A DNA stretch of 33,752 bases, taken from contig CAZQHW010000005.1 of NCBI GenBank assembly GCA_964593395.1, forward strand, positions 1-33,752, written 5' to 3'. Both the position numbers and the translations under genes were made by a program. The notes under the pieces were generated by a model. The model had not been told where the DNA came from and ran no database searches. It saw only the letters and a list, made by a program, of their open reading frames with translations. Below, piece by piece: positions 24,706-32,923 of the stretch. The stretch's first letter is position 1. Each line of letters starts with the position of its first letter. The stretch is from an uncultured Halobacteriales archaeon. GTDB lineage: Archaea > Halobacteriota > Halobacteria > Halobacteriales > SW-7-71-33.

Positions 24706-27243
24706 ATGAGCGATGGACGGATCGCGGCGGCGGTCGACCGAACGATGACCACCGTCACGACCTACAACAGGGCGGTGATACTGGTGATGCTGGTCGCGAC
24801 CGCGCTGGTCGTGCCGGGCGTGCTCCAGCTGGAGATGGAGGGCAACAACGGCCTCGACGTCGAGGAGCAGACCACGGTCGCGGAGAAAGCCGACTACATC
24901 CAGGAGAACTACGGCGAAGACAACGAGAACGAACCGACGACGGCCACACGAAGCGTGTACGTCCGGGCCGACAACGCCCTCTCCCAGACGGTCATGCTGG
25001 ACGCCTTGCGCTACCAGCGAGACGTGATAGGGGCTTCGGCGGTGAGCGACCGCCTGGCCGAGAACGGGATCACCGGCCCACCGACCCTCGTCGCGACGGA
25101 GTTGGCTGACACAGAGAACCCCACCATCGAGGAGCAGATAGCCGCCCTGGAGTCGGCGAGCGAGACCGAGTTCCAGGCGGCGCTCCAGGCGGCGTTCGCA
25201 CAGGACCGGGAGGCGCTGCAGTTCCTTCCGCGGTCGTTCTCGCCGGAGACCGGCACCGCCGAGTCGTTCCGGATGTCGTTCGAGTTCACCGTCGACCAGA
25301 ACGCCGACGCAAACGACCTTGCCGGGCCGTCCGTGCCGACCGCCGTCACCGAGACGCTGTACGGCGCCACGCAGGACCGCTCTACCGACGCCGTGGAGTA
25401 CTTCACCATCGGTGATGCGGCACGGGAGTCCTGGACACAGCAGCGACAGAGTGACCTGATCGAACTGATCGTGGTGCCGGCGCTCGTTCTGATCCTGGCG
25501 GTGCTTGCGTTCACCTACCGTGACATCGTCGACGTGGTGGTCGGGTTCGTCGGCGTCCTGCTGTCGGTGTTGTGGATGTTCGGCGTGCTCGGCTGGCTGG
25601 GCGTGCCGGCGGGCCTGGCGGTCGTTATCGGACCGGTGCTCGTTATCGCGCTGTCGATCGACTTCGGGTTGCACGTGTTCATGCGCTACCGCGAGGAGCG
25701 CGGTCCCGAGGAAGCGATCCAGCCGGCGATGGACCGGGCGACTTCGAGCGTGGTCGTCGCCTTCCTGCTCGTGACCGTGACCGCGGCGATCGGCTTCCTG
25801 TCGAACCTGATCAGTCCGGTGGCCATCGTTCGCGACCTCGGGATCGCCATCACCCTCGGGGTGCTCTCGTCGTTTCTCATCTTCGTGACACTGGTGCCGG
25901 CGCTGAAAGTCAGCATCGACGGCCTGCTCGAACGGTTCGGGCTCGACCGCCGGAAGACGGCCCTGGGGAAGGGTCGCTTCCTGCGACCGGTGCTCACCGT
26001 CGGCGTCCGGCTTGCCCGCCGGGCGGCACCCGTCGTGGTCGTCGTCGCACTGGTCGGGGGACTGGCCGGCGGCGTGGCCGTCACCCAGGTCGACCAACAG
26101 GGTGTCCAGACCGACTTCGAGGTCGCCGAGTGGAAGACCGAACTGCCCGGACCGCTGGCCTGGGAGTCCGCCGACCTGCCCTTCCAGACAAACCTCGAGT
26201 ACGTTCAAACCGAGTTCCAGCGCAGCGGCGGCGGCAGCCTCACCCAGATGCTGATCGAGGGCGACCCGACGGCACCGGAGACCCTGGAGCGGGTGTCGGT
26301 CGGGACCGACGCCGCCGCAGACACCGACGTGGCGTTCGAACAGGGCGGCCAGGTGCGTGTCATCTCACCGCTGTCGACGATGCAGCAGGTGGCCCAGCGC
26401 GACGAGCAGTTCGCCAGCGTGTTCGCCGAGGCCGACACCGACGGCGACGGTGTCCCCGACCGGAACGTCGCGGCGGTGTACGACGCCCTGTTCGAGGCCG
26501 CGCCCGACGACGCGAGTCGGGTGATAGAGCGCACCGACGGCGAGTACCGCTCGCTGCGGGTGCTGGTGCCGGTCCAGTCCGACGCCGACAGGGGCGACCG
26601 CGGCGACGCCATGCGGGCCGTCGCCGACGAGATGGAAACCGACGGCGTGACCGTGACCGCGGTCGGGTCGGCGACTCTGACGAACGCCGAGTTGGGCGTC
26701 CTCGCAGACGGTATCCTCCGGACGCTGGTGCTCGCGCTGGCGGTGATCGGGGCCTTGCTGACCGCGGTGTACCGCCTGGAGTACGGTAGCGCCACGCTCG
26801 GCGTGGTGACCGTCGTGCCCGTCGCGCTGACCGTCGGGCTGGTGTTCGGCAGCATGTTCGTGTTCGGCGTGCCACTGACGTTCGTCACCGCCCTGCTTTT
26901 GAGCATCGCCGTCGGACTGGGCGTCGACTACAGCATCCACGTCTCCGACCGCTACGCACAGGAGATCGCCGACGGCGTCGACTCGCTCACCGCACTAGAG
27001 ACTGCAGCCACCGGCACCGGCGGCGCCCTGCTCGGCAGTATGCTCACCTCGGGGATCGCCTTCGCGACCATGCTGTTGCACCCCAGCCCGCAACTGCGCT
27101 CGTTTGGCGCACTCGTGGTGTTCGCCCTGTCGCTGGCGTTCCTGCTCAGCGTCGTGGTCCTGCCGAGTATGCTGCACCTGTGGAACAGCCGTGTGCGGTC
27201 GACGCCGGCGCCGGAGGGCCCTGCCGTCGCGAGCGACGACTGA
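24706..27243 (+). CDS. RND superfamily exporter (MMPL/SSD-type, 2 x 6 TM)
   Basis: 845 aa from the ATG at 24706 (MSDGRIAAAVDRTMTT...). Two homologous halves, each with 1 TM, a large soluble loop and a 5-TM bundle (e.g. LSVLWMFGVLGWLGVPAGLAVVIGPVLVIALSIDFGLHVFMRYREE, and LLSIAVGLGVDYSIHVSDRY in the second half). Confidence 0.9.
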   Translation: MSDGRIAAAVDRTMTTVTTYNRAVILVMLVATALVVPGVLQLEMEGNNGLDVEEQTTVAEKADYIQENYGEDNENEPTTATRSVYVRADNALSQTVMLDALRYQRDVIGASAVSDRLAENGITGPPTLVATELADTENPTIEEQIAALESASETEFQAALQAAFAQDREALQFLPRSFSPETGTAESFRMSFEFTVDQNADANDLAGPSVPTAVTETLYGATQDRSTDAVEYFTIGDAARESWTQQRQSDLIELIVVPALVLILAVLAFTYRDIVDVVVGFVGVLLSVLWMFGVLGWLGVPAGLAVVIGPVLVIALSIDFGLHVFMRYREERGPEEAIQPAMDRATSSVVVAFLLVTVTAAIGFLSNLISPVAIVRDLGIAITLGVLSSFLIFVTLVPALKVSIDGLLERFGLDRRKTALGKGRFLRPVLTVGVRLARRAAPVVVVVALVGGLAGGVAVTQVDQQGVQTDFEVAEWKTELPGPLAWESADLPFQTNLEYVQTEFQRSGGGSLTQMLIEGDPTAPETLERVSVGTDAAADTDVAFEQGGQVRVISPLSTMQQVAQRDEQFASVFAEADTDGDGVPDRNVAAVYDALFEAAPDDASRVIERTDGEYRSLRVLVPVQSDADRGDRGDAMRAVADEMETDGVTVTAVGSATLTNAELGVLADGILRTLVLALAVIGALLTAVYRLEYGSATLGVVTVVPVALTVGLVFGSMFVFGVPLTFVTALLLSIAVGLGVDYSIHVSDRYAQEIADGVDSLTALETAATGTGGALLGSMLTSGIAFATMLLHPSPQLRSFGALVVFALSLAFLLSVVVLPSMLHLWNSRVRSTPAPEGPAVASDD

Positions 27244-27266
27244 GCACGCGCCTGGTCGCCGACCGG

Positions 27267-27536
27267 TCAGCCACTCCCGAGGACGCCGACGGCGAACGAG
27301 AGAACCAGGACACCCGTTACGACCGCTGTGCCCAGATACGTGACCCCCGTCCCCAGCAGCGCGAGACTGGTGCCCGGAACGCCCGTGTCGAACACCCTGT
27401 CCGCCACCAGTTCCCCCGCCGAGTCGGACTGGCCGACGACGGCAGCCGCGAACAAGAGGTACAGTCCGTCCAGGGGGCCGACGACCCACACCACGTCGTC
27501 GGGGTCGAGTGCGGCGTGGAACTCGCGGAGAAACAC
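27267..27536 (-). CDS. possible small membrane protein
   Basis: 89-aa ORF with a GTG start (VFLREFHAALDPDDVVWVVGPLDGLYLLFAAAVVG...GTAVVTGVLVLSFAVGVLGSG), with two hydrophobic segments. The upstream frame is interrupted by an in-frame TAA (see findings). Confidence 0.35.
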   Translation of the reverse strand: MFLREFHAALDPDDVVWVVGPLDGLYLLFAAAVVGQSDSAGELVADRVFDTGVPGTSLALLGTGVTYLGTAVVTGVLVLSFAVGVLGSG

Positions 27537-27679
27537 CTCCTCCGTGTCGAACTGGTCGAGGTCGCGGGGTTACCGGCCCAGTCGGGCGCCCACGGTCGTC
27601 AGCGTGCCGTCGAACCCCGCGGCGACCAACTGGTTTCGAGTCCGGCGCCGGGTCGATAGAACGGTGGCGGCGACCGTGC

Positions 27680-29923
27680 TCAGGCGAGCAGGTCCGGGTC
27701 GAAGTGGCGCATCCGGCCGGTGTCCTCGAGGTAGGCGGCGAGGTCGTCGTACAGGTCGGTGACGTCCTCGTGGTCGGGGTCGGTGCGGAGGGTGGACCAG
27801 TCGCCGACCAGAACGCAACAGCGCTGGGCGCGGGTCATCGCGACGTTCAGCCGCCGGGGGCCGTCCGCCGGACGCCCCAGAAAGCCGATCCTCCCGTCGT
27901 CGTTGCTGCGAACGAACGAGATGACGACGACGGGCCGCTCACTGCCCTGGAAGGCGTCGACGGTGTCGACCGTGGCCTCGCCGGCGTCGGCCACGCGGTC
28001 GGTGAGGTGGGCCTCGATCGCGTCGACCTGGGCGGCGTAGGGCGTGATGACGCCCACGTCGCCGGGGTCGACGCCGTCGTCACGCAGACGGTCGACGAGG
28101 TGGGCCACGAGTCTGGCCTCCTCGGGGTTGGCGTAGGAGGTGCCCTCGCGGCGCTGGGTGCCGCCGATGTCGTAGCCGACGACCGGTTCGCGGTCGGGCA
28201 GCGGGTCGACGTCGAGGCCGGTTCGCAGCGACCGCCCGTAGAACTCGCGGTTGGGGAAGTACGCGATGTCGCGGTGCATCCGGTACTGGGTGCGCAACTG
28301 CAGGCCGACGTTCTCGAACACGCCGCCGTCGGTGTACACGTGCTCGAACAGCGAGAGGCCAACGGCGGTGTCCGGCGGCGTCTCGGTGCGACTAAACGGC
28401 GGCAACTGGCGGTGGTCACCGGCGAGCACCACCGTGTCCGCGCTGGCCATCGGGATCATCGAGGTAACGGTCGTCGTCTGGGTCGCCTCGTCGATGATCG
28501 CGAGGTCGAACTGCCGGTCGATCGCGGCGGCGCTGCCGTTGGTGGCGGCGACCACGGCGGCGTCGCCCGGGGCTGTCCCGTACCACTTCTGCACGCGGTC
28601 GCTGTTCGAGCGACGAACGTTCCGGCGGTCGATCGTCAGTTCGCCGCTGCCGTGCTGGCCGTGGGCGTGCAGCGACCCCGGGTCTGGATCGCCGGGAGTG
28701 CTCTCGCCCACGAGGAGGTTGTCGACGGCCTGGTTCGAGTCCGCACACACGAGCACCCGCTCGCCGGCGTCGACCGCCCGGCGGACCACCTCGACGAGCG
28801 TGCGGGTCTTGCCGGTCCCCGGCGGGCCGTGGACGCAGAACAGGTCGTCCGCGAGCAGGGCGTACTTCACGGCCGCCCGCTGCTCTTGATTCAGCGCGTC
28901 GTCTTTCGGGGTGCTGTCGGCGGCCCGTGGTCGGGTGAACGTGAGCGGTCGCTGTCCGGTGAGCACCTCCCTGAACGTGCGGTCCCGGCGGACGTCCTCG
29001 ATCGCCTGCGCCCGGCGGTCGAACGGGAGCGGGTTCAGCAGTTTCACCAGGCCGTAGCCCGCACGGTCCTCACGAAGGAACCGGCGCGTGGCGGCCACGC
29101 CCTCCACGTCGAGGTCCAGGGCGACGGACACGCGGCTGGTCGCCGTCTCGTCGACGGTACCGACCGCGGGGAGCCCGTCGGGACTGTGCTCATCGCTCGG
29201 CGGCACCACGAGCACGGGGTCACCCGGGTAGACTCCGAAGGCGTCGGAGACGAAGTGGTGTCGCTTGCGTGCGACACGTCTGCTCACGTCCAGGCGGTCG
29301 AACTCGATCCCGAAGGTGACCGTCGTCGTCCCTGGGTCGAACCCCTGGCTCCGCAACGCAGGCAGGGCGTCGTCACCGTTCTCGTACAGCGTCATGGGGT
29401 CGGCGTCCGCGACCGTCTCACGCCGCCGTTCGATGGCCGCAGTCCGCTCGCCCTCGAGGTAGCCGCGCACGTCGTCGAAAAAGGAGTCGGGGTCGACGCT
29501 CTCCCGAGGGGGCTCGCGGTCGTCGAACGGCGCCTGGTAGTAGTCCGGCTGGGGGTCGGGCACGTAGTCGGGGTGCCAGAATCGCAGGCGACGCGCAAGC
29601 GGCGTCTCGGCGAACTCCTCGACGGAAAGAAAGTCCCGGTCGTCGCCGTCGGCGTGGATCACGATCTTCCCGTGGACGTCGTGGTCGGTGTAGGCGACGT
29701 ACTCGCCGGTCAGGGCGGCGCTGTCGGGGGCGTGCAGCGGGAGACAGGTCCAGTCCGGGCGGTCCGGCGGCGCGAGCGCGTCGTAGTGTCGGGCAAAGCG
29801 GTACACCGTCGCGAGCGAGAAGTCGACAGGCTGGTCACGCTCTACAGCCGCGGCGGACGGGTCGCACAGCGTCGCAGTCGTGCGGTCGAACGCCCGAATG
29901 GCGCTCTCGAGGACCAGCGTCAT
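27680..29923 (-). CDS. superfamily 1B DNA/RNA helicase, Upf1/Dna2/Nam7-like
   Basis: 747-aa ORF. Motif I VHGPPGTGKT, Ia VLVCADSNQAVDNLL, II LAIIDEATQ, III VLAGDHRQLPP, V VDAFQGSERPVVVISFVRSN, VI RRLNVAMTRAQ. An N-terminal region of about 360 aa precedes the ATPase core. Confidence 0.9.
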   Translation of the reverse strand: MTLVLESAIRAFDRTTATLCDPSAAAVERDQPVDFSLATVYRFARHYDALAPPDRPDWTCLPLHAPDSAALTGEYVAYTDHDVHGKIVIHADGDDRDFLSVEEFAETPLARRLRFWHPDYVPDPQPDYYQAPFDDREPPRESVDPDSFFDDVRGYLEGERTAAIERRRETVADADPMTLYENGDDALPALRSQGFDPGTTTVTFGIEFDRLDVSRRVARKRHHFVSDAFGVYPGDPVLVVPPSDEHSPDGLPAVGTVDETATSRVSVALDLDVEGVAATRRFLREDRAGYGLVKLLNPLPFDRRAQAIEDVRRDRTFREVLTGQRPLTFTRPRAADSTPKDDALNQEQRAAVKYALLADDLFCVHGPPGTGKTRTLVEVVRRAVDAGERVLVCADSNQAVDNLLVGESTPGDPDPGSLHAHGQHGSGELTIDRRNVRRSNSDRVQKWYGTAPGDAAVVAATNGSAAAIDRQFDLAIIDEATQTTTVTSMIPMASADTVVLAGDHRQLPPFSRTETPPDTAVGLSLFEHVYTDGGVFENVGLQLRTQYRMHRDIAYFPNREFYGRSLRTGLDVDPLPDREPVVGYDIGGTQRREGTSYANPEEARLVAHLVDRLRDDGVDPGDVGVITPYAAQVDAIEAHLTDRVADAGEATVDTVDAFQGSERPVVVISFVRSNDDGRIGFLGRPADGPRRLNVAMTRAQRCCVLVGDWSTLRTDPDHEDVTDLYDDLAAYLEDTGRMRHFDPDLLA

Positions 29924-29941
29924 TCGCCTTCGCTCTACTCG

Positions 29942-29975
29942 GCCGCCGGCATATACCTTCGTGTCGGCCGGCGGC
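29942..29975. promoter_or_regulatory. 9-bp inverted repeat (GCCGCCGGC / GCCGGCGGC) bracketing a TATA-like ATATAC upstream of the helicase gene
   Basis: Arms at 29942-29950 and 29967-29975 with a 16-nt spacer atataccttcgtgtcg. The repeat lies 19-52 bp upstream of the helicase ATG (29923, minus strand). Function is inferred. Confidence 0.3.
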
Positions 29976-30087
29976 GACCGTCAGACCAGTCGGTCACCCG
30001 TCCGTACCGTTCATCAAGCGAAGTGCGGTTTATGCCACGGTGTGCAGGTGAACCGTTCGTCCCTGTCCGGGCGGCCGGGAGTTCGGG

Positions 30088-30300
30088 TCAGCCGTCGGTG
30101 ACCTCCTCGGGAGCGGCGGCGGCGATCCAGGCCTCCGGGTTGCCGGGGTCGCTGGCGACGATGAACTCGACACCGTCGGCGGTCGCGACCTCCCACGCGA
30201 GGTCCGCTCCCGGACGGGCCGGAACCGACGGCGGGTCCATCCAGCCAAGCGCCTGCAGTTCCGTGCGATCGACCGGTTCGACGTCGAGACGGTCGCTCAT
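30088..30300 (-). CDS. small acidic hypothetical protein
   Basis: 70 aa from the ATG at 30298-30300 (MSDRLDVEPVDRTELQALGWMDPPSV...GVEFIVASDPGNPEAWIAAAAPEEVTDG). Halophile-type acidic composition. No family assigned. Confidence 0.5.
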   Translation of the reverse strand: MSDRLDVEPVDRTELQALGWMDPPSVPARPGADLAWEVATADGVEFIVASDPGNPEAWIAAAAPEEVTDG

Positions 30301-30593
30301 ACGATCGAGCACCCGACCCGGACGTATCAACGTCCACGCCGCGTCTCCGAGCGCGAGAGTCGTTCACTCTGTCGTCGACGGGATCGCTCTCCGTGAGACA
30401 CCGAGACACCATTTAGATACCTCGGCGCACCACCGTCTGTCGTCCGGGGCTTACCCGACGGCCCCGGACTTCCCGACTGCCCTCCTCTGACTCGCCGCTG
30501 CTGTGGGGGGGCCGACGGGGCGGCCCGACAGGAAGCCGGGCCACAAACCGTCGTGACCCCCGGTTTCACGAGCCATTTCCGCGAATCCCGGCG

Positions 30594-30905
30594 CTGTACC
30601 GCGATACTACCGGCTACACCGTACGACGATCACGTCCAACTACGTCATCCGAGTGTACTCTCTACCGATAGTGTTCACCTGTACCATCCAACTATACCGT
30701 CTGAATGTACCGGTCACCTACATCATATAGCTACAATAGCTCGCTGCACCAGACAGGTCACTCGGACAGCACAGCGAGACCGTACAGCCGCATCCCATGA
30801 CTGTACGCTCTCGTTATACTGTGTAGCTACAAAACATAAGCGAGCCACGAGATATAGCTATACTGTATAGGTGTACCGTTTAGCTATACTTCTCAGATAT
30901 AGCGT
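30594..30905. repeat. lower-GC array of short repeated motifs (TAGCTA-core and TGTACC) upstream of the ParA-like gene; candidate centromere/operator
   Basis: Exact copies read from the sequence:
- TAGCTACAA at 30728 and 30824
- TAGCTATACT at 30855 and 30881
- ATATAGCTA at 30725 and 30852
- GATATAGC at 30851 and 30896
- TATACTGT(G/A)TAG at 30815 and 30859
- TGTACC at 30595, 30680, 30706 and 30872. Confidence 0.55.
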
Positions 30906-30918
30906 CTGACTTAGGTTT

Positions 30919-31800
30919 ATGGTCGAGGGTGAGAGAGGATGGCCCATGCTGACCTACGCACCAGTCTCGGAGGCGGGCGGCGTGGGCAAGACCACCACGG
31001 CGGCGACGCTGGCCGTGAGTCACGCCCGGGCGGGCCAGAACGTCCTCGCCATCGACATGGACACCCAAAACGGCAGCCTGACGTATCTCTTCGGTCCGGA
31101 CTACGACCGCGGCGACCCGGACACTGACAACCTGGTGCGGCATCTTGTCGGGCGGCCCAACGGCGACTTCGACGACCTCACTCACGAGGTCGAGGCCGGC
31201 GTCGACCTGATCCCGTCGCACAACATGCTCGAGGACCTCCACGAGTTCCTGCTCAACGAGAAGGAACAGGCAGAGCGCTTTGGCGACTCATACAGCATGT
31301 ACCGTCAGCTCCACCGCGTCCTCCGGGAGAACGACGTTCGTGACTCGTACGACGTGGTGATAGTGGACACGGCGGGCAAAGCCGGACCGATCCTCTACAA
31401 CGCCCTCGTGGCCGTTCGAAACGTCGTCATCCCGTTCGAGGCGACCGCAAAGGGCCAGGAGTCGATCGAGGGCCTGGACGACCTCGTCGACGGCCTGGAG
31501 AAAAACGTTGACGTCGATGTCGGCGTTTTGTCGGTGGTCCCGATCGGGTACAAGGACACCCGCGACCAGCGCGCCGTCCTGGAGAATCTCCGTGACGGGG
31601 GGTTCCCCGTGCCGGTCGTCGTCGGGGAACGCTCCTCGCTGTTCGAGGGGTGCTGGAAACAGCAATGTAGCCCATACCGCTATATCGATCAGCACCGGAG
31701 TCGCGAGCGCGACTACGAACTCGAGACCCTGGAGCAGTTCGACGAACTGGCCCGCCACCTGGAGCGCGACGCCGGGCTCCTCAAGGAGGTGACCGCCTGA
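30919..31800 (+). CDS. ParA/MinD-family P-loop ATPase (partition-type) with atypical Walker A
   Basis: 293-aa ORF (alternative ATG at 30946). Walker A reads SEAGGVGKTT where canonical ParA/Soj reads KGGVGKTT. A-prime VLAIDMDTQNGSLTY. Walker B YDVVIVDTAG. Confidence 0.85.
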   Translation: MVEGERGWPMLTYAPVSEAGGVGKTTTAATLAVSHARAGQNVLAIDMDTQNGSLTYLFGPDYDRGDPDTDNLVRHLVGRPNGDFDDLTHEVEAGVDLIPSHNMLEDLHEFLLNEKEQAERFGDSYSMYRQLHRVLRENDVRDSYDVVIVDTAGKAGPILYNALVAVRNVVIPFEATAKGQESIEGLDDLVDGLEKNVDVDVGVLSVVPIGYKDTRDQRAVLENLRDGGFPVPVVVGERSSLFEGCWKQQCSPYRYIDQHRSRERDYELETLEQFDELARHLERDAGLLKEVTA

Positions 31801-32213
31801 TGGGGCTGAAAAGCGGCTCCCGCGACGCCGGTCTGGACGAGGAGGAGGCCGACGAGACCGACACGCCGGCTCCCGAGGAGACTGTCAAGGAGCCGGAGAA
31901 CGACGACGTTGAGGTGTCGGATGGGACCGGCGACCCGCCGGGCGCCAGCGTGGGAACCGACGACCGCCCGTCGATGGAGTCGATCCCCTACAAGCTCCGC
32001 CGGAGCAAGGTGAACGAGGGCCGCGAGCAGGTGCCCTTCTTTCTGCGGGACGAGGTGATGGACGGCGAGGCAGACCTGCAGGACAGCCTGGAGGCGATGC
32101 TGGACGAGCAGGTGTACAAGTCCGACTACCGAGAGGCGGCGATGATAGTCGCCCAGCGCGAGCCCCAACTCGTGGCTGAGGTGTTACGAGAGTGGGGCTA
32201 CGACCTGGACTGA
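31800..32213 (+). CDS. acidic ParA-associated protein, possible ribbon-helix-helix centromere-binding adaptor
   Basis: 137-aa ORF whose ATG overlaps the ParA stop (TGATG). The N-terminal ~60 aa are acidic and look disordered. A basic patch YKLRRSK follows, then a strand-helix-helix-like pattern (QVPFFLRDEV / ADLQDSLEAML / YREAAMIVAQREPQLVAEVLREWG). Confidence 0.6.
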   Translation: MGLKSGSRDAGLDEEEADETDTPAPEETVKEPENDDVEVSDGTGDPPGASVGTDDRPSMESIPYKLRRSKVNEGREQVPFFLRDEVMDGEADLQDSLEAMLDEQVYKSDYREAAMIVAQREPQLVAEVLREWGYDLD

Positions 32214-32286
32214 CCACGCCGGCGGGCTGTGAACCTCCGCTTCACCGGCTGAGCGTGAGTACGGACACCGCAAAGAACTACCACAC

Positions 32287-32793
32287 TCAGGGAGCGATAG
32301 ACCCACCACAGCCGCCGGCACCGTGGTGCGACCCCGTGTTTGTGTCGTCACTCGACACCGTCTCTTTGTCGTCCGGCATCTGTCGCGGGGGGACTCTCCC
32401 TGTCTCGGGGTTGTCGACGCTCTGGTAACTGCCCTGGTAAACGACCTCAGAGTCGTCCACAGTGTCGGTCGAGGAGTCGGCAGGACCGACACCGAGTGCG
32501 TGGGTCACGCCGCCGACGAGCAACAGTCCGGCAACGAAGACGGTCGCTCCTCGGAGCGGGTTCCCGAGGAAACTCGTGCCCGCACCGTACAGCGAGACGG
32601 TTGCAGCGGCCCCGAACACGGCCGTCGAGACGGCCTGTCCGCTCGAGAGCGCGACGACTGACTGTCCGAGCGCCGCTACTCCGGCGACCACGCCGACGAG
32701 TCCGACGAGATTCGCCGGTCGGACCGCCTCGCGTGCCAGAATGGCGGCGACGCTTCCAGCGTTGCGCCTGAGCCGACGCAAGAGTCGTGCCAT
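32287..32793 (-). CDS. hypothetical membrane protein
   Basis: 168 aa from the ATG at 32791-32793 (MARLLRRLRRNAGS...). Three or four Gly/Ala/Val-rich hydrophobic segments, then a polar, acidic C-terminal tail. Confidence 0.5.
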   Translation of the reverse strand: MARLLRRLRRNAGSVAAILAREAVRPANLVGLVGVVAGVAALGQSVVALSSGQAVSTAVFGAAATVSLYGAGTSFLGNPLRGATVFVAGLLLVGGVTHALGVGPADSSTDTVDDSEVVYQGSYQSVDNPETGRVPPRQMPDDKETVSSDDTNTGSHHGAGGCGGSIAP

Positions 32794-32923
32794 GTTGTGT
32801 GTCACTGTGACGCACCGACACACATAGTTCCTGTGTCGCGTCTCGTCGGGGACGCACGAGCGTCACCGGTACGGAGTCGCCGACGACCGACGCGGGTTTC
32901 CCACCGCAGCGGTCAACTGTGGT

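Noticed and set aside
24235-26208. 657-aa ORF antisense to the RND exporter and overlapping the HExxH gene 5-prime end
   Set aside because: It is basic, Arg/His/Asp/Gly-rich low-complexity sequence. The opposite strand encodes a textbook 2 x 6 TM RND protein.
27625-27645. tRNA T-arm-like GGTTTCGAGTCCGG
   Set aside because: The flanking five bases do not pair, and no cloverleaf context exists.
27509-30490. 993-aa ORF antisense to the SF1 helicase and the neighbouring small genes
   Set aside because: The same high-GC artefact applies. It is Arg/Gly/Val-rich with no motifs, and it spans several independently supported minus-strand genes and their intergenic regions.
30301-30560. GC-rich hairpins (TCCGGGGC...GCCCCGGA at 30445-30470; GGGCCG...CGGCCC near 30507-30526), considered as terminators or a structured RNA
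   Set aside because: Short GC stems arise easily in this composition. No adjacent T-run or conserved motif is present, so the evidence is insufficient without comparative data.
30553-30870. 105-aa ORF inside the lower-GC repeat region upstream of ParA
   Set aside because: Its basic, His/Thr/Cys-rich composition is unlike halophile proteins. The DNA is better explained as a repeat array and promoter.
19592-32213. Calling the region an integrated provirus or plasmid (mobile_element feature)
   Set aside because: I could find no integrase, transposase, terminal direct or inverted repeats, tRNA target or replication initiator. The idea is kept only as a hypothesis in the findings.
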